A DNA stretch of 64,000 nt, from NCBI GenBank assembly GCA_008632985.1, contig QPGO01000020.1:124001-188000 (forward strand), given 5' to 3'. This DNA is from Psammoneis japonica. Its lineage: Eukaryota. This document shows, piece after piece, positions 12,329-25,800 of the stretch. Position 1 is the stretch's first letter. The number at the start of each line of letters is the position of its first letter. Both the position numbers and the translations under genes were made by a program. Below the pieces are notes generated by a model. That model ran no database searches and was not told the DNA's origin. It saw nothing but the letters and a program-made list of their open reading frames with translations.

Positions 12329-15300
12329 TAGCTTCTCCAATAAATGTGATTGGACGGAAGTTTTATTCCTTTGCAGCTTTTTTTTTTTTGGAAAGGATGG
12401 AAGCGGAAAGGAACAAGCGAAGTAGCATCGACGACGAGCACCCAAGAGGCCATCTTGTACATGGTTATGACACCATGAGATTCCGGGATCTTGCTCTTTT
12501 TCTGAGTTACATCCTGTCCTGTACGCTTCAACAGGCGATACCCAGCCTGTGCTTGTGACAGTGTGCTAGTTGCAAGAGGATCCTAGCGATCGACACCTGC
12601 TGGGACCATGTCTGAAGTCCGCGCTAATCGTCTCTCCCCACCACCGTGTCCGTCTGAAGCCGCGTCGATGACGAAACCCAAGAGGTCTTAAGAAGGAGGA
12701 TGAAGCAGATCATCTTACCTTGGCTTCATGTTGAATGCGGAATTGTGGGAAAGCGCAGCTGAAAAACAGGAGACTACAGAGTTTTCGAAGCCGCAATGCC
12801 TGACGCACTGCCTCAACGAAATGTAACGAGCAGGTCACAGTAGCCCTACATAAGGCCCTCAACTGACAACACCCACGCAATCCGTAAGGCGGAGACTGTC
12901 GATTCAAACCATTACTGCTCTGCTGTGGGCATTTCACCTCGGTTTCCAGCTTAGTTACAAGATGCAAAAAGAGCAAGTCTCACAGCGAACCCTTTAAGAG
13001 TGTCAGCACTCAGGATAGGCTCTGAATATATGAGATAGCCAAGGCGGTTGGTGTAGAAAGAAAGGCAATGGGTATTTACCGCTCTCACTTTATTGTACTG
13101 TTGCATCAATAATGCTCACGTTGTAGCGGTACACGATTCAGCTAAAACAGCGTGCTAGCTTTTAGTAGGACTATGGTAAACAGTGCGAAAGTTTCAGGAA
13201 CTCGATTTTCTATTTAACGTCCGCCTTGCCTGTGAGGCAAGCTTTGCTCTTTTCCCAAACTGTGGACATGCATGCGAGTTTTTATGTCACTGCTTCGTGA
13301 CTTAGTAATTGACGAGAGGCTGAAGCCTTCACATCTGCCCAAGCCCTAAAAGGTGACCCCGCAATCTAACATTCCGTACCTGTGAATTCGTGAGCGAGTT
13401 CGCGTTGCTGGTTCGAGTCTGGATATTTGACAAGAGGCCGTTTCGGGTTGCGAGACTGAGTGCCACGTCTATCCAAGTCCTAATAATTAATCCCACCTCC
13501 ACGTTCACGCTGCCCCATAGCAGCAAAAGCCACAGCAAGGCCAAGTAAGAGATTTTGCTACTGCTTTGGTTAGAGCAATGTATTGTAGGGCCCTACTGTA
13601 CAACACAAGTACAACATAGAGCCAACAAGAGAACGATGTTGCAACGATCTTTACCTCTACCTAGAGCTCTTGCCGCTTGCTGGACTCGCACTTGCGAAAA
13701 ATAACATCGTACTACTTGAATTTGGCCTGACACAGCTCTTGTCTATCTTTTATATTGTTAAGATTTTTTCGACGGGGTCTATTGATAAGAAAAACTAACA
13801 GAGATTACAGTAGACAAGAGGTATTAGCTACTATGGTATCGGATGCTTGTAGCTAATGTTCTTAAATCGTTTGGTAGTTGCAATCGCCTAGGGCCTACCT
13901 GGTATGAAATACTAGCTACGCTCGTAGTTGTTTTCTGCTGGTAATGTCTTCCCAGAGAGTATGCACATAGTTATCTAAGATGTCTCAGGACGACCTCATG
14001 CGTCAATCTCGCAAGTTGGCTGACAATTACTTATCAAAATTCGTCTTGACGACTCGAAGCATTGGCTACTACTATACTAGAGTACTGCAAAGGCGACTGC
14101 ATGGATGCGTATCAAAAAAGTCAGCAACACCCTGGTTACCACGGTCGGATCATCCATACTTGCTCCTGCCTCGTTTTGCTGCACCCTCGGTTTTCTTGCA
14201 TACAACATGATGAAGGAGGGGATCTGTAAATACAGAAAACGTTCCTGACGATCACAGACGCCTTGCAAGTCGCATACGAGTTGTTTCTGGCATTCTAGAG
14301 AATAGCTGAAGTGAGACAAGGCCCTCGGCATCGACGTCACTTTACCTCTTCCTCACCCAACACTTCTTCATCTGCTTCTTCCTTGATGGGGACCAAGCCA
14401 CCACAAGGGATACCCATCGATTTTACTACGTATAAGGTTTTCCTTTGAAAGATTCTCCGAGCATCTGACGCGCGGAAGTGCATCTACCTACTAGCTAGAA
14501 GTAGCTTCGTCGAGTCTCGGCAATAGACGATACTCAACCGATGCGTCCTTGGGCCATTTAGGTTTCTCCGCTTGACGTGTTCCCCGAACAATATACGAAA
14601 AGGTAGCAAACGCTCCCTTGCACAACTCAAGGCGACTCTCTCAGCTCTGACGGCTGGTCCTTCGAGATTTATATGATAGTGGCTCTATCTGCGTTGCATG
14701 TAGTCGACCCAACGGCGCTCCCCCAGACAAGGCAGTCGCTGTAGTCAATTTCAAGCGCTCGCATTGAAGGCCCCAAGCCCATGGATCATGTGTGCACTTC
14801 AAGTAGTGGAGCAACCAAGATTCCAAATGTGAAGCCGCTTATCCCCGTCAAAGCATCAGCCGATAAGAAGTGCAGCTTACATTGTGTACACCGTTTGACA
14901 TTAAGTGCAATCATTAGCAAGTGCGCCAACAAGAATCTGAGTCTGGGCATGGGATATCTGTGTAGCTCCCGTTGATTGAAATGACTGACTGGATGCTAGT
15001 TGCACCAAGTACCCATCTTTTAAAATCAACCCAAGAGGCCGTCTTTTGCTTTGGACGCAAATATCCGTTCATCGACTCCATGGACATAGTGGTAGGGCCC
15101 TATATTTATGTCTCTGATCATTCCCAAGTATAGACATTGCGTTGACACTCTCAAAAGCAATACCATCAGCTTGAGAGCATCTCAGAAAGCGGATTCGACC
15201 GACCGCAGCCTCAGTCTTGTCACGCCACTAAGAACGAGTGCCGCGCCAAAGCCGTCATTTGAAGCAATACCAAGACCAGAGCCATTCAGAACTAAGGGAC

Positions 15301-16715
15301 AGAAAAGCAGTTGAAGCTCAGCCACTGCATGCTCTTGATACTATTACCTTATATTCATAGATGAACGTTTCAAGAAACTCATTTTAGCTAAAGCACTTCA
15401 AGCCCGTGTGACCGTCCACGAGTCGCAGCGTTACACGAGCTTCACAAGTTTCCTGAATGGCGAATCAAGGTGGACAGGACAGGTAAGACAGCTCATATAC
15501 GGAATGACGGATTCCATTACCATACATGTTGAGTCGTCCTTGCAACAATAAGCTTGATAGATTATGAAATGGCCAAGTTCTGTCGTCGGCAATGTTTAAC
15601 TCTAGCGGCCCACTCAGCTGCCCCCTCTTTTCGCGCAGTCCAGAAACACTGTCTTGCATGTGCATCCCTCAGTCACCACGAACACAGCTTGCAGAGAACA
15701 TTGTTCTTATGAGTGTTTCTTGGAGTCGTTCCACAATTGTCGACCGCAACGTCAACTCCAAAAAACGCGATGCCCATCGAAAGCACATTGCTTGTGCAGT
15801 AGGTGAAGCCGGCGTTGTGTTTTAACATCTCAGTTGCAACAGCCGTGCCGGCTTCGACATTTGTAATTCCAATTGCTGGAAATCGAGAAACGTGCTGGAG
15901 ATCCTTTTGTGACATTGAGAGCACCGAAAGATCTATAGCCAATACAAATGGTTCTCTCTGTCGCGCCCGAGAGAAGTTTTGCTTTTTCTAAAATGGATCA
16001 AATGCCACGAGAAGCCATAAAAGTTAAGACAAACCATTCTTTTGTGTCCAGTGTGAGAGTTGCGTGCTGCTTGTTGTGCTCATATTACGCAGGAATGAAT
16101 TGGCGGTGCTGTCCGTTCCTGTGTGGTGTGTTCCATCACGGTGACGCCCTGACAGAAAAGTCCGTTCAGCATCGTTCGTGTAAAAACCCAACATCCCAAT
16201 TCCTTTTCTCGGCGTTTGCCGCGTAAGTCTCGACAGAGAAATCTAGTTGCGGGCGGCATGACACTGCTTTATTTTGTCCTTGATTCAGCTGCCTTGATTG
16301 TTGCGCTGTTGCTTGTGATTGAATTGCCACCGACATGGAACCTCCCTTTACGACCTTGTCGAGTACGGCACAACGGCAGTCCTTTCAGAGGTAACTCCAA
16401 ATCTACTTTGCAAACATTCTTAGCCTCTAGGAAGTGCTTCCACAAAGATTTGAATAAAAAAACATAGAGGCGACAGATGCGAGTAAAGAGTCGGTATACG
16501 TAAGATAGACAACGTACGCTATTGCCTCCTTGTGATCTTCTTCTTTCTAATACCGAAAAGAAAGCTTTACCTCCACAGCCTAGAATACTCAGCAGTGATG
16601 CGGTTTTATGAGTAGAAGCAAATCGAAAAAGAACTTTGCAAAGTCTGCCCTGAATGCTTACCTCATCGACAAGTCCAAATCGAAGCCCGTACCTCTGAAC
16701 TTTTGATCTCTTTCG

Positions 16716-18613
16716 TTATTTCATGGTCTTGCGTGTGTTCGGGGTCTCCCGTCGTCCAACAGTGCTTTTGTATCGAAGCAAGCCACAAATCGCCTCAGAT
16801 GCCATAAAAGCACTCCAAGCTGTCCATATCTTGACAATGCTGTTGCTCGGGTTCAACTGCAGAGCCCCAAAGCAGACCGCATTTGCAATCCACATCGAGA
16901 GCATAGAAAATCTCCAGTCCAAGCTCCCCATGATTATCCCATTAACCGGAAATGATAAACCTTTGATTACTATGCAAGTGACAAACGAAATGGTTAGTCT
17001 AGAGTGCAGCGTAGTGTAGACAAGCCACGCGATTTCTCGTCCCGCTTACACTGAGTTAGCAGAAACATTGGAATGGCTTCAAGCGCGGCCTTCTGAATGA
17101 GTGGACTGGTCGCCAGGCCATTTATAATATTCTCCTTGAAAAGGAATACAAACAAGGAGAGGATCGTGGTCACAAATACCCCCGACAATAGCGCCCTATG
17201 GACCAAGTGGGACACCGCCATTTGCCGTGTAGAGTCAGATCGCGACGAGTCTGAGAGTTCTCTCGACAAGAGACTTTGAACAGCCACAGATAAGGATTCA
17301 CAAGCTAACGTTATAGCAAACCCAATTTGAAATGTGATGCTGTAAGCACTCGCAGCAACAGACCCCAACAGAGCCTAAAAACGAGGAAATGGGGTGAGGC
17401 GTTACCGACAAACAAACTTGAAGTCCTACCCTTATGTTGTTCACGACAAACATACCGACTGCCTCGAACAATACGTGAATGCTGCTACTCGCGCAATGGT
17501 TCTTCCCAGTACAAAGCAAGCAGACTCGAGGTATTGTACAATTGAAGATTTGAGCTTTGAAAGTTGCTTGAAAAGATTGAGCTCGATGCGTCGATTCAGA
17601 ATCATCAAAAGCGGTATCAGCGCCACGCATTGTGACACAGCCGTCCCAATTGCCACGCCCGCAGCTCCCCATCGAATCAAGATGGGGTTCAATGCTACGT
17701 TCACTGCGTTTAATAGTATACTGCAAAGTAGCGGTGTCTTTGTATCACCAAGTCCTAAAAAGGAGGCAGACAATTTCAGAAGTTAGCTGGTATGGATAGC
17801 AGCGCAATAGCAAGTTGATCTTTCGTCCTTGCTTAGATGTGTCAGCTCTTTGGATTACGTACCACGAAATACGCTGTTGGAAACAAGCCACAAGGTTGAT
17901 ACAGGAGCATTAAGAGCCCGAGCTCTCATGTAGGAAGTGGCAGTCGCTGCCATATCATTATCTCTCGATACGCCCATGGCGCTTAGGATTTGTCCGGCAA
18001 AAGCAGTGAATGCAAACAGCTGAAGCAATCCCACTGCGAGAGCCAACAGCAAGCCTGTTGAAACTGCTGTTGAAAGTTCTTCTGTATACATCATAAGACG
18101 GATATGGGCAAATGCTTGTTGTAAGGTCAAGTTCAAAGGTAACAACTCACGAGACAGCATTGCACGCTAGGGCCTACACGAACCTGTTTCTGCTTTGCTC
18201 GCCTTGCTGCCTCGATAGGCCCCATACTTGGATGCAATGAGTGAAATAGTTGTTTTGGATAAGGGAGAATTATATAGCTTGGATACAGCAGCTTGTGATG
18301 CTCTTGCCACTCCCACACCGCCCAACGCGGACGGCCCCAGTTGTCTGAGAAAGGCTGCATCCACCATGTCGGCTACCGGAACAGCTGCTTGTTGGAGAAA
18401 GGCCGGGATTGCAATCGACACAAAGTCTCTGTCAAGCTTCTTTTTCAATCCGTCATTATCATCTTTAGACTTTTCGGCTGGTAACGATGCGCTGGAAAAC
18501 CTCTTTTGCAGAGAAGCGTGGTCGGCAAGGCCCTTGTTGTGGCTGTGGGAAGACAACAACGCATCGGCTTGATGAATCCGAAGACAGAGTATAAGCAGGA
18601 TGATCGACACCAT
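16716..18613 (-). CDS. MATE (DinF/DTX-like) efflux transporter, multi-exon, probable plastid presequence
   Basis: Exon pieces IAIPAFLQQAAVPVADMVDAAFLRQLG, YMRARALNAP, RGLGDTKTPL, AAYSITFQI...ESLSVAVQSL and GSLDWRF are typical MATE motifs. The N-terminus has a signal peptide (MVSIILLILCL...ADA-LL). Exon limits are approximate. Confidence 0.85.
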
Positions 18614-19153
18614 TCTTTGGAACGATAAGGATAGGTGAAAGCGGTGTCCAGTGCTATTTTTTGCAAATAGTATCGGAGCGAGTTTCATGGTTACAGTACA
18701 ATACAGAACAAATGCGAAATGCGAACAAGATACAAGATCCAAAAAATCAAGATCCAAGATCCGACGAAGCAAACGCGAACTCCAACTCGCATGGATGGAT
18801 GGATGCGACGATGCTGGCACGGCGCCCGCGCGCTCGCTCCGAATGCCGTTGGCTAGCTGACGTCGTGTCGTGTCCAATGTACAATGTAGTCGAGTGATTC
18901 GTTCGAAGGTCTAACCGTCATTCTACGTAGAAACCAGTATAACACGTCATGTCCGAATTCCGTGTCAGCTCAACGGCAAGCGTCATTGACATCCACGACC
19001 CGAATGATAAAGTGGTCGTGGATACACGTAGCGCCTACAGTGTTATGACTACCGACTTGGGTCGTGACCATGAGCGCAAAAAAGAACGAAGACATCAACC
19101 ATCTGAACTGCATCACAATTTTTTCCCTCCGGTCCTCTGCCCTCTGCATCATC

Positions 19154-20234
19154 ATGGCGCAAGAAGGCAACAAGAAGGAGGAGAAAAAGCCTCTGGTGGC
19201 AGCAACGAGTGCTCACCATGGTATCTCTGGTACAGCAGAAGCCCGTCTGATTGGATCAGCGTTTGCTGGAGTCGCAGAGCTTGCCATTTTTCACCCGGTC
19301 GACACGGTTGCCAAGCGTCTCATGACGAACGAGACAAAAGTCATTGTGGGCGGTGTGTCCAACACGGTGCACAATTTGAATCACGCTGTGTTTCGCGATG
19401 CAGCCATGAGTGGTCCCGTGTCCAAGGCGACCAGCCTCTTTCCTGGAATCGGATTTGGTGCAGCTTACAAGATTTTGCAGCGTGTGTACAAGTTTGGAGG
19501 ACAACCCGTGGTTCGTGACTGGATGCAGAAGCGATACGGTGCCGACTTTGAGGCGGAATTCGGACCCAAAATGGGAAAGACACTAGTGTCGGTGAGTGAA
19601 GAGTAGGGCCAACAGTGCTGCAAGAGGCGTAGTTGTGTGTGTCGCTTACTCTGACTCAATCATATGTGCTTTACGTGTAATTGTTCTTTAAAAGGCGACT
19701 GCCGGATCACTGATTGGAATTGGCGAGGTAGTGCTTCTTCCGCTTGATATGTTGAAAGTCAAGGCTCAAACTGCTCCAGATCAGCTTCATGGACGAGGTG
19801 TGATTGATATCTTTAGACGAGAGGGATGGGGCCTTTATCGCGGATGGGGATGGACGGCGGCTAGGAATGCACCGGGATCATTCGCTCTATTTGGTGGCAA
19901 TGCCTTTGCTAAGACACTCATGGGAGTAGATGAACGTCAACAAGCCACTTGGACTCAAGATGCCATTGCATCCTGTGCCGGAGCTATTGCGTCTATCACG
20001 GTGGCCGCTCCCCTTGACGTGATCAAAACACGCATCCAGCATCGGCCTTTTGATTCGCCAGAATCCGGACTGTCAGTTGTTGCCAATCTTGTCAAAAAAG
20101 AAGGACCTGGAGCCTTTTTCAAGGGACTCACTCCAAAGCTTTTGGTCGTTGGACCCAAGTTGGTCTTTTCCTTTACGATTGCGCAGCATACAATTGCGTA
20201 CTTTACGCGAGTGCTCGATCCCAACAAGATGTAA
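19154..20234 (+). CDS. GGC1: Mitochondrial carrier, GTP/GDP carrier (Ggc1/Yhm1-like), 2 exons (intron 19592-19694)
   Basis: ARLIGSAFAGVAELAIFHPVDTVAKRLM and SLFPGIGFGAAYKILQRVYKFGGQP closely resemble yeast Ggc1. Three Px[DE]xx[KR] carrier repeats; the GT..AG intron keeps frame. Confidence 0.85.
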
Positions 20235-20814
20235 TTCCTTTTTGATTGGATAATGATTTTGTTACTTGAGCCCTCTTTTAAATGGCTAAACCTACTTAGC
20301 TTGTTATTTGGAAGAAATGACACTGCAACCCTCAAATTGTTAATGTTCTCACCCACTTTCCGGTATCTTTCATACCTGAGTTTTTCATGGCGACTGCCAA
20401 ATGCAAGCTGAACGGGAGGGGAGCATCTGGACCGTTAGTTTGTGTAGTACTAAAGATGCAACCAGCTAAAATGATGCAAACCTCTCTTGTCGTTCGGTAC
20501 AAGTCTGATACTACTCAAACAATGATCAACGCAACCCAGCTAACCGACCTGACAGATTGGGGGGGGAAATTACGGATTGCAAGAGATAGGAAGGTATTAA
20601 GCGTAGACTCCTACTTGATTTTGAAAAGGGCCGTGTGCCTTTTCCTGTTACATGTCGCCATTATACTTGTTCCAATATATTTGTCCCTTCTCAACTATAA
20701 TGGAGTCCAATAGTAAAAGTTACTACTTATGCTTCGATGGACGAAACCGGGAAGTCATTCGACTCGGGTACGAGTTAGTACGCGTGCAAAGTCGAGTATC
20801 TATCCAAGTAAAGT

Positions 20815-22345
20815 CTATCTCGCACCTTTTTGCTTCGTCCGTTCCTGAGTAAAATCTACATTCTTGCTGATATAATTAGGGACCGAAAACTCGACCGCAT
20901 TCTTCTCCACGGCTCGAGCAATTGCCATCAGCACAGCATTCCGATTGTCCATGTATTCATCGCCATAGGGCTTGAGGTCAAAGTTGACATTCACCAACAC
21001 TTCTACACGATCTTCTTTGAAATCGTTCATGTGAACACGAAATGGACGGCGACCATCGGTGATCAATTTGGGGCACGAGATCCGGATCTCTTCCTTGATT
21101 GATTCGACGAGATCAGGAATTTTGTCAAGATCGTCATAATGGAACCCCAACACTTGCTTTACTTGGCAATTGTCAGTTCGAGCTAGATTCTGCGATCGTT
21201 GAGCGCTAAGTTGCGTATTGGGGATTCTAATGACAATCCCGTCAGAACCTGCGAAAGATTCACGAAGGAGAAGTGTTCAGAACCTGTATATAGGACATAG
21301 CTCTAAACGAAAAATGCGTGCTTGATACAGACTACGTAGTCCGCAAAATTGACGTACCTTTGATATGTGTCTCCAGTAAGCCTATCAGTTGCACACTTCC
21401 AGTGGTTCCGTCGCCAAGCCGGATCAGATCCCCTTCCTTGAATTTGCCTGAGATACGAAGCGCGAAAGCATTCACAATCGCACTCGCCAAATCCTTAGAG
21501 GCCAATGAAAACACCAATCCTGCTATGCCTCCCGCGGCCAGGACGGAGGCAACGCCCTTTCCAAGTCCCCACTGGCAGATGTCTTCAAAGAACAAAAATG
21601 TACAAACGGCAATGAGGCCATCCAGCACGCGAGAAAGAATTTCGGTCTTTTCATCCAATTTTCGCTTTCTCAACATGAACTGTTTGAAGTTGCGAATCCT
21701 CCAGGCAACCCAAGCGGTATATGCCGATTTGGCAAACATTCCGGGAAGGTCGGGGTGTATCGCAAATCCCAACGTTGTCAACGCCAACGAAACCATATCA
21801 AAGGCATAGATGATCCCCGTTACCTTGGCTAGCTGAGAAATCGTGGTCGCACCTCGAAAGAGAAGCGTCTTTTGGTAATCGTCGTCGTCTTCTTCGCCCT
21901 TTTGACGCCGGAGTAGGTAGCGCTTGGCGAGTGGTTGTGGAAGCCAGGCAATCACCCCCAACAGTGCAACATCCCTAAGATCAAAGGCGTTGGCCAGAGC
22001 TTGCCAGGTGGGACGTAGCTTGGAGGGAAGGAGCGTGAACTTCTGGATAATGGATCCGAATCGTCCCACTACGGCGGGTGCAAGTACTTCTACAGTACCA
22101 CGGCTACTGCTACTAGTTCCAGCATCTTTCGCGTGGAGGTTAATCTGGGCGGCAGGTCGACGAGGAGTCAACGTATCTGCCACCACCACTCCTCTCTCGC
22201 CTTGACGAAGTGAGCGACGACCAAAATGAGGGAGCACAAGAAAGGAAGAATCGACCGGCGTCACCCACGCTGTAGCCAAGCTAGCAACAGTGAACAAAAG
22301 CAACAGTAACAATGGTGAGTTTGGAGGACAACGACTCGTCCTCAT
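20815..22345 (-). CDS. Small-conductance mechanosensitive channel (MscS family), intron ~21249-21357, probable plastid targeting
   Basis: SVLAAGGIAGLVFSLASKDLASAIV, FKEGDLIRLGDG..G.V..IGLLET and IPNTQL motifs. Signal peptide ending ATA-W resembles the diatom ASAF plastid motif. Confidence 0.88.
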
Positions 22346-22899
22346 CCTGATTGGTAATTATGTTTGCCTTTCTGCTGCCTGCTTTTTGCGGATCAAGAAA
22401 TAAATAATATCTCTGCAGTGTAGTGGTGTGTAACGGCGCTTAATGGTTGCAGTGCGGTCGCTGTGGTGCTTCTTCTGGGCTACCTTGCACTCTCTTAATA
22501 TGTAGTAGCTAATTAAAAATATGAGGAAAGAACCGCAAACATCAATCCCCAAAAAGGGAAGACAATACATAGACTAAAGAAGTGCAGGTCAAAGAACTGA
22601 AACAGGATCCATGGCCGTCAAATCAAGCAAGGAAGCCGCCATCGCTATCTTCCGGTAAAAATTTCGGATCGAGATCTCCGGCTCCGCCCGCTCCATCGCA
22701 GATCGACTGTCTTTCGCCCGCCCCACACGCTCCTGGATCTATGATCATCTGACTGGTGTGACATGACTTCTCTGACGACACGGATTTGAACTCTTGGACT
22801 TTGCAGCATTTTTCGAACCTAAAAATTGCTGCCAGGACATGCAATTATTTGCCACATTGAGCAGCAACATTGTAACAGAGTGCATTTTCTGTGCAAACT

Positions 22900-25800
22900 T
22901 CCACTTTGTTTGGGTCGTTGAAAAAGTCATTTTGCAGAGCTGACTTCTTTCTGTTGACTGGGAGCTGCGTCACTGAAATTGAAATGTGCAACCTGATGAT
23001 TTCGGCACTGCTCAGCATTGCACTGGTGTGACTGCATGATGTCCCAGCATGCATGAAGAGTGTGAGTGAAATGCACCAAATGCAAGCAGAAGCACACAAA
23101 ACAACATCAAATGCCAACAGCACTGCGCGCACTGCACAGGCCAGAACATGACCTGCACACGTCGCCATGCAACCATGAGCTTGAGTGCTGGCTTCTTCTC
23201 TCTCCCCCCCCCCCCCCTCCAAGGACCAGAGGAAACACTTTTGCTGGAGCTTGACAACTTCCTCTGAGGGCAAAATGCCAGCCCAAGTGTGCAACACACA
23301 GCGTGTTGATGAAGCGTGTGCCAACATCCAGTTGTTGTGCCCAAGCACAAGTTGTGCATGACACCACCTCCTGTGCTTGCTTCCATGCAGCTGACTCATT
23401 TTGACATCTTGCTTCCATCCAGCTGGCTCATTTTGACATCTTGATGTTTGCTGTCATCTGCCCACTGGAAGGTGAGTGAAAGGAGAAAAAAGCAGCTCAA
23501 TTGGACAGAGCACAGCTTCATTGCCTCCCGGTGCAAAACAAGCTCCTTTGGGCTTGGTGCATTCTCCTGCTCCAGGTGGGTGGACCTTGCACTGCTGAAC
23601 TGTGGCATCAGAGTTTTTGCTTTGGTCATGTGCTGTGTGTCACACACACGCATTTCTGTGTGCAATCTTCTGCAAAATCATTCTGCACTCCCTGCTTTGC
23701 AAAGCCAAAGGGTTTTTGTTTTGTGTGCATTTGCAATGACAAAATTGGCCTGGGGGTGCATTCTTTAATGTCTGAAGAGTGTGCCAGGCAAAGTTGAATT
23801 GATGCACTTGAAGTGTGGAGGAGTTCGCACATTGACAAAATTGCCTCTTTTTTTCTGTTGCCAATCATTTGCACACACATCACCTGACAAGTTTGCTGTG
23901 GAGCTTGCTCACAAAATTCTGCCCAACATCACACACAGCCACTGCATCAATGCCTTGCAGCACATTTTTTAGTGCAAGCTCCCTTTGATGTGCCTGATGC
24001 TCCTGAAAGGTTTGACACACTGGATTGCCAGAGCTTCCAGAGACACTTCTTTTGAAGACCCTGCTAAGAAGTGAGCTTGGCTGGATCTTGTTGATGAGGG
24101 TGGTGCAGGCCTGTCAGAGAATGAGCCTCCTGCACTGAGCCAAACTGGCCCAAAACTTTGTCAATGCACTTGACTCTGCTCCAGAAACTCCCAGCAAGCA
24201 ATCTTGTGCTGAGGCTCTGGAGCCTCAAATGTTTCTGGAGGGTCTCCACCACCACCTTTCTTGAGAGGTTTGTGAGATGCTCAAATCCCAATGTGAGGCA
24301 TGCTTGCCTCCAAAGGACACCACATGATGAAATCCGCACCCAGCAGGCAGCAGGATCATTGAGGATTGAGTCCTTGCTGTTGCTGGTGTGATTGGCTCTG
24401 CTTTGCTCAATGTTGGGGGGCACATCTCAAGTGCTGGCATTTTGCAGAGGATGCGGTCTTTGGAACAACTGCTGCGCGCACACAGTTGCCAGATCAGGAG
24501 ATCAAAATGAAGCCCTTGAAAAGCAGTCATGTGTGAAATGTTTGTGTTGCAAAGAGTGCATTGAACATTTCCATTTTCAGCAAAAGGGAGAAACAAAGAG
24601 ATGCCTCCACTGTTGTTCATTCTTGACATGACAGCAGCAAAATTTGGCTCTTGCCAAAAGGAATTTTGTTGCAAAAATTTTCCACTTGAGATCACATGCA
24701 GAGCATCAATGACATGCAATGCAGCTGCATTGGTTGGTTGGTTGCAAACCTGGAGGCCATGGATGCAACTCAATTGATCACAGCACTTCTTGTCCCTTGC
24801 TTGACGCCAACTCTGCAAGATTCTGAGCTGCTTTCCACACATTTGAGCAGACAAAAGAAAAACTTGGCATTGTTCCATGCCAGCATTGCATTTGACAGGA
24901 AGAGTGACACTGGCATGTCTTGATCTTGCATTGCTCCCACAAGTGTTAGAGCCGGTTGTGGCTCAAAAAGTGCTGGCAATTTGTTCTGCCCTTGCCAACA
25001 TCATGTTGCTGTTGCTCACTTCATTCTGAAAGCCCCATCAGGTGGCAGCTTGAGCAACAGTGGTGTTGGAGGTCTGCCCAGCTCTGCATTGATTGTGCTG
25101 GGCATTTTCTCCCTCAGCACCTTTCCATCAACTGACAGCATTGACAAGCAACTGCCAAGATTCTGTGCAACACTTGTCATTTGTTCCAGCTGTTTGTCAT
25201 CACCTTCAACAGAGCATGGAGCAATCTCAGCAGATGTCTGGTGCCCTGCAAATGCTGGAGTCACTGCTGGTCTTCTTCTCAGAACAAATTTCCACCTTGG
25301 ACTCCAGCCATGATTGGAGAACCAATTGTTTGTGCAAAGCTGGCCACAAGAATGTCCAAGACTTGCAAATTGTTGTCATTCTCTTGAACACAAACACTTC
25401 CCACTGTGGCTGAGAGCTCTGCAACAGAATTGGCAAAGCCAGCAAGTTTTCCATCAAATGATGCGTGTGGTTTCAGCTGTTGATTTCCACCAATAGTCCA
25501 TCAATGAAATCCAGGAGAGCATCTGTGAGTTTGCCTTGGTTGAACAACATCTTGGAGTCATCACTTTTATCACAGTTTTGAGTTGGACCACCCTCCAGTC
25601 CAAGTTTTCTCATGAAAGTGTGCACTCATGTGAGCAGGTCCCCAGAGCACATGAGCTGGCAATGCTGTCCAGTTTGCACCCAACAAGGCAACAGACATGG
25701 GTGCATTGTTGCTTGGAGAGGCAGCACATCCCAAAACTGATGATGATGCATGGACAAAAATGTCTTTGCTTGGTTGAAAGCTTGTTTGGCTTCTGTGTCT

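Noticed and set aside
12330..16700. Genes in the 4.4-kb region between the glycosyltransferase and MATE
   Set aside because: Only short ORFs with no recognisable motif. Pieces at 15465-15942 (-) may be decayed coding sequence but cannot be supported.
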